NCBI GenBank assembly: GCA_018813505.1
Contig: JAHJBM010000056.1
Coordinates: forward strand, 1-57,672
Reading direction: 5' to 3'
DNA length: 57,672 nt
Source: Candidatus Micrarchaeota archaeon
Lineage (GTDB): Archaea; Micrarchaeota; Micrarchaeia; Anstonellales; Bilamarchaeaceae
Shown: positions 18,661 through 25,608 of the stretch, piece by piece
Layout of the letters: each line of letters starts with the position of its first letter
How positions within the stretch are numbered: position 1 is the stretch's first letter
Made by a program: the position numbers and the translations under genes
Notes under the pieces: generated by a model
What the model saw: only the letters and a program-made list of their open reading frames with translations
The model's database searches: none
What the model was told of the DNA's origin: nothing

Positions 18661-19856
18661 ATCAGCCTCTGTATTCCTGCCATATACCACTCGCCTCCCA
18701 GCGCCCCGGAAATACTTCTAGCCCCTGCAATCGTTATGATTCCTATAAGTATAATGTCAAGATAACCTAGAAAAACAAGGTTGCCCACATCCCTCAGGAA
18801 CGGGTAAAGTGCATTGAATACCTGATTTGCATAATCATCTGATCCTGCGCTATAAACCGCTTCCCATATTATAAGCACTGCCATTATCACGAGCTGGAAA
18901 ATCATATTTATAAGAGGATAAACAACTTCTTTTACGAGGTTATAACAGGCCGTGTATAATCCAACGCCGATAACTGGTACAAGCAGCATTGGCAGGCATA
19001 CGATAAGTGCGAATCCAATATCAGTTGAAAGTAGCAGTGTCCTCATTACAGTTGATTCGCATAATGGTTCCATCATTACCATTGCCCATGGCCTTGCTTC
19101 AAGTTCTGAAAGATCGATGCTTGGTTCAGGTCTATCTATTGTTTGGTTCATTGATTCTGCAAGTATCACTGAAAACGGGAGCAATACTATACCTGCAACT
19201 GCAAGCGCTATAAGTGTGTTGCCTGTTTTTCTTGTGAATGGTATAATCCTAAGGCAAAGTGCAAGTGGGAGAAGTATTTTTGGTGCTGTTATTTTGATAA
19301 ATGAAAGTAACATACGTACTCCTTCTGTTACAAATATTACGTTCGCAAGATTTTGGGCTGCAATATTCATGCTTCCGAGTACTATGCCCACACCAGCTAT
19401 TGGTGATGTTGAATAGCTAATTGATACATACCATAATGGCAGGCTCATGTATGGTGAATAGGTAGCTGATGCGCGAATCCTTGTTGCAGCACCAACTATT
19501 TTTTCAAATGCATTGTCATAATCTTCAAGCCATTGATCTGCGATATTCTCTGCACCCTGAATATAATTCACATCTCCAGTAAGTGCAATACTTATGCTGT
19601 TTGATGTTACTGTAAAAAACAATCCCATGATAATCGCGATCAATAAAAGTGCTGCAACAAATTCCCGTGTTTCAATCTTGATCCATGCGTCAAGCTTTGG
19701 ATCAGAAATCGCATGTGAGAGCATTCCTGCAGTAGCAAGAAATATCCCTACTATGATTGCAACTGCCGGTACTGCAAAAGTAAGGTCTATGGGATTTACT
19801 GAAAATATTGTGGTTGTTAAGACAAATAGTAATAATATAGGGCGCCACAATTGCAT
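18657..19856 (-). CDS. paralogous 5-TM membrane protein MP6 (399 aa), first gene of the operon, unknown family
   Basis: Signal-peptide-like N-terminus. Motifs ISDPKLDAWIKIE, LLPLALCLRIIPFTRKTGNTLIALAVAGIVLLP and tail LGGEWYMAGIQRLI. Confidence 0.85.
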   Translation of the reverse strand: MQLWRPILLLFVLTTTIFSVNPIDLTFAVPAVAIIVGIFLATAGMLSHAISDPKLDAWIKIETREFVAALLLIAIIMGLFFTVTSNSISIALTGDVNYIQGAENIADQWLEDYDNAFEKIVGAATRIRASATYSPYMSLPLWYVSISYSTSPIAGVGIVLGSMNIAAQNLANVIFVTEGVRMLLSFIKITAPKILLPLALCLRIIPFTRKTGNTLIALAVAGIVLLPFSVILAESMNQTIDRPEPSIDLSELEARPWAMVMMEPLCESTVMRTLLLSTDIGFALIVCLPMLLVPVIGVGLYTACYNLVKEVVYPLINMIFQLVIMAVLIIWEAVYSAGSDDYANQVFNALYPFLRDVGNLVFLGYLDIILIGIITIAGARSISGALGGEWYMAGIQRLI

Positions 19857-19950
19857 AGCTAGATTTCTTACTTATACATTTAAATGTTTCGTGTTTTTGG
19901 AATCGTGCATGATGCATCATGTTTATAAATTTACTAAAATAATTCCCATC
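19857..19950. promoter_or_regulatory. divergent promoter region with two TATA-like boxes
   Basis: ATTTAAAT (19878-19885) is centred ~25 nt from the MP6 ATG (19856, minus). TTTATAAAT (19922-19930) is centred ~25 nt from the ATG at 19951 (plus). This spacing fits leaderless archaeal transcripts. Confidence 0.4.
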
Positions 19951-22900
19951 ATGAGGCTTATTCCAGCTTTTCTCTGCATTGTGCTCTTTGTTCTTATCAC
20001 ATCTGTCGCTTTTGTCTTTGCCAGTAACCCACCTCCGTGTATCACATGTAACGAGCTTGCAGATTCATTCCAGGTACATCTATTGTCTGAGTTGCACGAG
20101 CCGGAAAACCAGTTTGAGGTTTGGGCATACTATGAAGATACTTCCATAAGTCCTCCAAGGCAACCTGTAAATGATTCCATACTTATTGTTGAAATAAGAA
20201 ATGTTGATGGACTAAGTGAAATCTATAAAATATACACCGATGATGCTGGGAATGCAATTTTTGATTACGAGGACTGGAATGACGCTTGCATAAATTTCAA
20301 AGTTCTTTATTGTCCTTTTTGTTTGCCAGATTCCGAGGAATGCGGTTTCCGTGAATGCCTTGAATATTCGAGCATAAGCACAGATTCTGGTACATACACC
20401 AACATTATCGGAGCTGTTGAAACTATTGATAGTATTCCTGCTGCACCTGGGGCATCGCCGCCTGTTGAGTTGGATTCGCGGAGATTTCTTCCAGAATTCG
20501 TAACAACAACCTATTGTCCCCCTCCTGCTCCACTTTCAGGTACTCCGGCAATGTGTCTTCCATTATTAGTTATTTTTTCAATGCTTGCAGGTTCACTTTA
20601 TATGACCGGGCGAAATCCGTTTGCAGGATTTAGTATGGGTGGTGCAAAGATTGGGAGGCACATCAGATACCAGGCACGGGGTCGCGGTTTCCATTTCTCT
20701 GGAATGGCTGCACTTTCTGCAATTAGTACTGTCACGCGTGCCAGTAAGACTGGAATGACTAAAGACAAAAAAACTGGTGAACGTGGTGGTTCCAAGGCAC
20801 TCGGAAAACAAGAAAAAGCGCAGGCAAACAATCGCGGTTTCCTTGGCATGGGTGGCCTTAGCAGTAAAACAAGCAGATTTTCTGCACTCTCAAACCGCGG
20901 GGGGCAGATAAAACGACTCATGAAAGATAGTTTAAAAGGAAAAACAGATAGCAAAGGCAAAGCTCTAAGTTTCAATGAAAGACTCAAGCGCGGTAACAAA
21001 TGGATTGAATCAACTGCTTCTGGGGCTGGTAGGGATACCGCAACATCAGTTGCTGTAAAACCTGGGGAATCCCAATTCCTTCCAGGTTCAAGTGGTATGT
21101 CACCCCGTTTAAGCGAGCTCGGGAGTCATGCCGGCCTAGGACTTGTAGTTTATCTTCTTAGTGCCACAACAATCGGTGGTATTGTCGATAGCATTTATCG
21201 ATCTGCCACTGGGCAATCTATATTCGAGGCTCTTTTTGTCGACCATGAAAGACGTGCAGTTCAGGATGCAACCTCCTTTGATGAAATCGCAGAGCAAAGA
21301 TGCGTGCGTAATGCAGATGGACGCATAATTGCATTGAACATTGACATAGATGGCCGTGAAAGAGTTACTGTCATTGGCTCAAGGCCTGGTGAGGAAGAGG
21401 GTACAACTGTTTACACTGTCAATGTACCTGTAAGTTCAGAATTTGCAGGTGAGGAAACAGTTGTTGTTGATGAACATGGGACAGCTGTTCCAACTCCCTC
21501 TGGACAGACAAATCGCGGGACATTTGAAGTTACTACTGATTCCAGAAATCGCGTAATTCAGATAGCTTATCAAGCGCCTTCATCAATTAATCTTTCTGGT
21601 CCTAATGCGTCTCCATGGGTTGCAGGTGCTGCACCAGCAGATCTTATTGCTGGAACAGAGCGTGTGGTAGTGCGTGTCGGGGCTGATGGCTCTCCGCAAT
21701 TTACTGTGGAATATCAGATTCGCGGTAGCGATGGTCGTGCTGAGACACGCACTTCACCAATTACCGCGCCTGTTGCAGGCACTGATATTGAAGGTTTGGG
21801 TGACCGCATGAACTTTGCAGGTGTGAATGCAACCTATGGTGGTATAGTTGCCGAGTCTGGGTTTAGTCTTGGTTCAAACGCATCTGACTTTACTAATGCC
21901 TATAGTGGAGGTCTTGAGGATCTCAGGGCTGCTGCGGCTTCATCTTCAGAAAACACTCAACGGGCACAACAGGAAAATCAACATGATCTTAACAGGGCAT
22001 TGCGCGATGTTGATCCAAATTATGTGAGATCTGTAAGGGCCGAGTATGCAGACAATCTAGTCGGATTCCTAGTAGCTGGTACCTCTGGTTCCACTGCAGG
22101 TGTTGATCTTCGTGAGACTAGTTTTGAAGGTCAGCCGGCTGGTCCTGGATATGATGTAAGTTATGCAGGTTCAAGAGGTCGGGTTGAAGGAGGCAGACCT
22201 AATGATCGGATGGATCCTTCTTCTTCAATTGCGTTAAACATTGGCCAAGCTTGGGGTCGGACAATTGGTGACTCTGATTTTGCAGGTCAGGTTGCAGAGG
22301 CATCTGGTCTTGAAGGTTCAGGTAGGGTTCAATTTACCCGCGTTTTAGGCATTGCATTGGCCAGAAGTGATCACAGTCCTGAGGATTTCAGAAGCATGAC
22401 TCTTGATGAATTCCAGGGGGTGCTTAGAGACAATGGTCTGAGTGAGGATGTTGCCCGTGATGTTGGAGCCGGTGCGCTTGCAAGAGTACAAGATGGTTTC
22501 GCTGATCTTGAACGTGAACTGACAAGGGAAGGAAACAGAATCGGCGCAGATGCAACAGATCGTCTTATGGGGTCCAGTGTAGCACAAGTTAGTGGGGTGG
22601 TGCAGGGTGCAGGGTCTCTTTTTGATGATAATGTAGGTTCATTATTACAGGATCGTTTGACTGATCCACAACTTGCGGAAGTTGCCCCCCAGTTAAGAGA
22701 ACAGGCTTTCCTTGATGGTATGGGTGATTCAGTGGGTGGGGCACAGGCCTCTTTGGGAGTTAATGCTGGGTCTGGCCCTAATAGTAATATTGTAGGTTTC
22801 GAACAATTTGGCGGTAATATGGCTTCGCTTAGGGAAAATACTGAAGACTATGTACAACAGGTTGCAATTGATCGTGCTCATCGTAGCGGTCATCTGAGTG

Positions 22901-23460
22901 ATGAAGATTATCAAGAATCAAATCGTGCATTCGATGAATTCATAAGAGCAAGAAGGATCGAAGAAAGTGGGGCAATGGATCCTGGTCAAGAATTCCGGGC
23001 AAGAGAAAATACCGAACGTTACATAATGGATGGTAACTACACTGGCGCTATCTATGAGCTGGATCGCAGGCGTGTGGCGTATGAACAGGCAGAAGATACG
23101 GCTACTGCAGAAAGATATGCCGAGGCCAGACGTTTAGTGGCAGGACATGCTGGCGAATCTGGTTTTTCAGCATCTCAGGCACAGGAACATGTTGATGAGT
23201 ATCGTGCTGCAATTGGCATCCCTGAAGAACGAGAACAGGCTAGGCAGGAGGCAACACTACGTAATCATGTGTATCATACACCAATGCCTAGTGATTCGGA
23301 ATTAAATGATAATGCAGAGAGACGAAGAGCCAATCGTTTGGCATCTGAAGCATATGGTCATAACACGCAAGCAAGAGCAAATGGTTCAGAGATTCTTATT
23401 GGTGTTCGTGAACATCTTATTGAAGCCAATCCGACTTTCAGCAAAGATAAAAAGAATTGA
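19951..23460 (+). CDS. large (1169 aa) membrane protein: Cys-containing N-terminal ectodomain, TM segments, basic Gly/Ser/Lys/Arg linker and ~770-aa Cys-free Gly/Ala/Arg/Asp/Glu-rich tail; unknown function
   Basis: The ORF-track start (19594) lies inside MP6 on the other strand. MRLIPAFLCIVLFVLITSVAFVFA at 19951 is a signal/TM start behind a TATA box (alternative ATG at 19909). TMs: AMCLPLLVIFSMLAGSLYMTG and GLGLVVYLLSATTIGGIVDSIY. Confidence 0.8.
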   Translation: MRLIPAFLCIVLFVLITSVAFVFASNPPPCITCNELADSFQVHLLSELHEPENQFEVWAYYEDTSISPPRQPVNDSILIVEIRNVDGLSEIYKIYTDDAGNAIFDYEDWNDACINFKVLYCPFCLPDSEECGFRECLEYSSISTDSGTYTNIIGAVETIDSIPAAPGASPPVELDSRRFLPEFVTTTYCPPPAPLSGTPAMCLPLLVIFSMLAGSLYMTGRNPFAGFSMGGAKIGRHIRYQARGRGFHFSGMAALSAISTVTRASKTGMTKDKKTGERGGSKALGKQEKAQANNRGFLGMGGLSSKTSRFSALSNRGGQIKRLMKDSLKGKTDSKGKALSFNERLKRGNKWIESTASGAGRDTATSVAVKPGESQFLPGSSGMSPRLSELGSHAGLGLVVYLLSATTIGGIVDSIYRSATGQSIFEALFVDHERRAVQDATSFDEIAEQRCVRNADGRIIALNIDIDGRERVTVIGSRPGEEEGTTVYTVNVPVSSEFAGEETVVVDEHGTAVPTPSGQTNRGTFEVTTDSRNRVIQIAYQAPSSINLSGPNASPWVAGAAPADLIAGTERVVVRVGADGSPQFTVEYQIRGSDGRAETRTSPITAPVAGTDIEGLGDRMNFAGVNATYGGIVAESGFSLGSNASDFTNAYSGGLEDLRAAAASSSENTQRAQQENQHDLNRALRDVDPNYVRSVRAEYADNLVGFLVAGTSGSTAGVDLRETSFEGQPAGPGYDVSYAGSRGRVEGGRPNDRMDPSSSIALNIGQAWGRTIGDSDFAGQVAEASGLEGSGRVQFTRVLGIALARSDHSPEDFRSMTLDEFQGVLRDNGLSEDVARDVGAGALARVQDGFADLERELTREGNRIGADATDRLMGSSVAQVSGVVQGAGSLFDDNVGSLLQDRLTDPQLAEVAPQLREQAFLDGMGDSVGGAQASLGVNAGSGPNSNIVGFEQFGGNMASLRENTEDYVQQVAIDRAHRSGHLSDEDYQESNRAFDEFIRARRIEESGAMDPGQEFRARENTERYIMDGNYTGAIYELDRRRVAYEQAEDTATAERYAEARRLVAGHAGESGFSASQAQEHVDEYRAAIGIPEEREQARQEATLRNHVYHTPMPSDSELNDNAERRRANRLASEAYGHNTQARANGSEILIGVREHLIEANPTFSKDKKN

Positions 23461-23484
23461 AATTCACAAAGAATTTCAAAAATT

Positions 23485-23510
23485 TTATTGTACTATTTAC
23501 AGTACAATAA
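23485..23510. promoter_or_regulatory. perfect 10-bp inverted repeat (TTATTGTACT-ATTTAC-AGTACAATAA): terminator hairpin and/or PadR operator
   Basis: Read directly. It lies 25 nt after the stop of the 1169-aa gene and 25 nt before the padR-like ATG. Confidence 0.35.
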
Positions 23511-23534
23511 AAAAGAGCAGAAATAGATGGTCAA

Positions 23535-23864
23535 ATGAAATCTCCGCATGATTCAAAAGATTCAAAGCCAATAAAACGCCTAACGCGTTTGCTTACTTCA
23601 GAGAATCTATGGCTTTATCTGCTTTCACTTATCAGGAAAAACAAAAAACTCTATGCATACGAACTTGACAAACAGATAGAAAAGAGATTCAATTTCAAGC
23701 CAAACAAAGTTATGGTTTATGTTGTACTCTACAGAATCGAGAACGAGGGGCTTATCAGTTCTGAATTTGAAGAAAGAAGGAAATATTACAAGCTAACAAA
23801 AAAAGGAAACGAGACGCTCGAGCTTGCAAGAAAGCATTTCAAGATGCTATCTGATAAACTATAG
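23535..23864 (+). CDS. PadR-family winged-helix transcriptional regulator
   Basis: LWLYLLSLI..LYAYEL..I...F..KPNKVMVYVVLYRIENEGLISS...RKYYKLTKKG pattern. 109 aa. Confidence 0.7.
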   Translation: MKSPHDSKDSKPIKRLTRLLTSENLWLYLLSLIRKNKKLYAYELDKQIEKRFNFKPNKVMVYVVLYRIENEGLISSEFEERRKYYKLTKKGNETLELARKHFKMLSDKL

Positions 23865-23905
23865 TCGTCTCATTTGAAAAACCCAAACTGGTTATGGTTG
23901 GTTTT

Positions 23906-24454
23906 ATGCGCATTATTATCACAGGGTCTCCAGGAACAGGGAAATCGAGCATTGCGCTTAAACTATCAAAATTACTCAAAATTCCTATTATCGATCTGAA
24001 ATCCATTGTCAAAAAACACAGGCTCGCCAAAGGCAAAGAGAGTGAGGTAGATATTCCAAAACTCAGGAAATTCCTCCTATCTGATAATGGCCCGGTCTCA
24101 AAGAGCCGAAATTATATTATCGAAGGGCACCTTGCCTGTGAAATGAAAATTCCCGCAGATTTCATAATTGTGCTTCGTACCAATCCTACTGTTCTGAAGG
24201 GAAGACTTACAAAGCGAGGATATAAAAAATTCAAGATCGAAGAAAATCTTATGGCAGAAATGCTCGACTATTGCAGTCAAAGAGTCTGCATTGTCTATAA
24301 TAAGAAACACCTTGAACTCGATACTTCAAAACTCACTCCAGTAAAAGCTGCCAAGATAATACAAAAAGCAATAAAGCAAAAAAAGAAAAAGCTTGATATA
24401 ATAGATTATACAAAGGAACTTAAGAAAACATTAAGTTTAGGGTATTCCAGATGA
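23906..24454 (+). CDS. Fap7/AK6-type adenylate kinase-like NTPase
   Basis: [16 protein letters not shown]-loop. VLRTNP..L..RL..RGY...KI.EN..AE pattern typical of archaeal Fap7. The ORF track starts 12 nt earlier (23894). Confidence 0.7.
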   Translation: MRIIITGSPGTGKSSIALKLSKLLKIPIIDLKSIVKKHRLAKGKESEVDIPKLRKFLLSDNGPVSKSRNYIIEGHLACEMKIPADFIIVLRTNPTVLKGRLTKRGYKKFKIEENLMAEMLDYCSQRVCIVYNKKHLELDTSKLTPVKAAKIIQKAIKQKKKKLDIIDYTKELKKTLSLGYSR

Positions 24455-24906
24455 CCGAAGAGAAAAAATTAATCGAAGCTGCGCTTTTCATTAGTGGCAG
24501 AGCAATGTCGCTTGAGGAACTGCGTACACTTACTGGCATTGGCGCCCTTGGTTATCTGAAGAATACTGTCGATCTTCTTAAGAATGATTATATTGAAAAG
24601 GACAGTGCACTTGAGATCATGGAAGCCGATGGGAAATACATGTTGCGCGTTCGTAATGAGCATCTTGGCAGGGTAAAACAATTTGCACAGGATACAGAAA
24701 TAAACAAAGGTGCTCTGAGAACCCTTGCATACCTTTCAAAAAATGACGGGATTCTAAAATCGTCATTGGTAAAAAAGCTCGGGACAAGAATATATGCGGA
24801 TGTGAAAGAACTTGTTGGTTCTGGTTTCATAAAACCCCAAAAAGCAGGTAGAACATCAAAATTGTGGTTAACCGAGAAGTTTAAGAAGTATTTTGTACAA
24901 GAATAA
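24451..24906 (+). CDS. scpB: segregation and condensation protein B-like (ScpB)
   Basis: N-terminal LIEAALFISGRAMSLEELRTLTG motif and two winged-helix-sized halves. 4-nt overlap with the upstream gene. Confidence 0.65.
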   Translation: MTEEKKLIEAALFISGRAMSLEELRTLTGIGALGYLKNTVDLLKNDYIEKDSALEIMEADGKYMLRVRNEHLGRVKQFAQDTEINKGALRTLAYLSKNDGILKSSLVKKLGTRIYADVKELVGSGFIKPQKAGRTSKLWLTEKFKKYFVQE

Positions 24907-24943
24907 AAGTTACTGACGTTCAATACCAGATTCGTTTGTTGAT

Positions 24944-25087
24944 TTGAAAATGTCCTCGCAAACTTCTTCCTTTAGGTTGAAGCAAGGGACATTTTCAAAA
25001 CTTTTGCTCTTCGGCCAACAAACCACAAGTCGCCTGCAGGCGACCAAAACGCTGAAGGCGTTTTGCCTTTAGGTTGTGGTGGCCGAA
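24944..25087. ncRNA. candidate structured RNA elements (12-bp hairpin plus 78-nt three-way-junction fold)
   Basis: TTGAAAATGTCC (24944-55) pairs with GGACATTTTCAA (24987-98). An outer stem TTCGGCCA..CCACAA (25010-28) / TTGTGG-TGGCCGAA (25074-87) encloses hairpins GTCGCC-TGCA-GGCGAC and CAAAACGC-TGAAG-GCGTTTTG. There is no ORF here, and the region is GC-rich relative to its surroundings. Confidence 0.3.
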
Positions 25088-25225
25088 TGAGCAAATGATA
25101 TATTTATGCCGGGGTTAAGCTTGAACTGTGCTTTGCTTGTTCAAGTCTCTCAGCTCATATTCATTTGCCGAGGTACTGATGAACATTCGTTCATTGTGCC
25201 TTGTCATTTTCACTTACGTTCAAAT

Positions 25226-25387
25226 GCCGAGGTCGCATAATCTGGTAGTGCGCCGGTCTTGAAGCGTTTTGTGTTTTGTTCTTTTGGTTTTGAGTTGGGG
25301 TTTTTTTCCCAAAACCGGAAACTAAAAACCCAAAACGCAATTCAACCGGTCCCTCTGGGATTACAGGTTCAAATCCTGTTCTCGGCG
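25226..25387 (+). tRNA. tRNA-Ser(UGA) with an 80-nt intron at the canonical 37/38 position
   Basis: Cloverleaf read by eye. Acceptor GCCGAGG/TCTCGGC. D arm GCAT-AATCTGGTA-GTGC. Anticodon stem CCGGT/ACCGG with loop CT-TGA-A[intron 25264-25343]A. Long variable arm TCCCTCTGGGATT. T arm ACAGG-TTCAAAT-CCTGT. Discriminator G. No encoded CCA. Confidence 0.85.
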
Positions 25388-25608
25388 ATTTTTCCAAAAA
25401 ATTGTCGGCCAAGAACGTTTCGACCAACAAAACGACCGATTGAAGCATTTGCTTCAATGGTCCATAAAATGCAGTTGTGTTTTATCGGACAAATAGCTTT
25501 GTGGTCCATTATTCAATGCGTCCGATGGAACGTCGGAACTTTCCATGGACCATAAATCTGCGTGTCGATTTATTGGTTGAACAATTGGACGTTCTTGCAA
25601 CGGCGATT

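Noticed and set aside
19594-19950. N-terminal 119 codons of the 1288-aa ORF given in the ORF track
   Set aside because: This part lies antisense inside MP6, a well-supported family member. It reads as low-complexity shadow sequence. It precedes a TATA box plus a classic signal/TM start at 19951, so I trimmed the gene to 19951-23460.
8356-23460. Calling the membrane cluster a type IV secretion, conjugation or pilus system
   Set aside because: There is only topological analogy to VirB6. No VirB4/VirD4/HerA/PilB-type ATPase, prepilin-like protein, prepilin peptidase or relaxase is encoded here, so a named-system call would be unsupported.
25191-25555. ORFs 25191-25457 (-) and 25259-25555 (+)
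   Set aside because: They run through the tRNA-Ser exons and the poly-GTTTT/AAAAC intron. They are translation artefacts.
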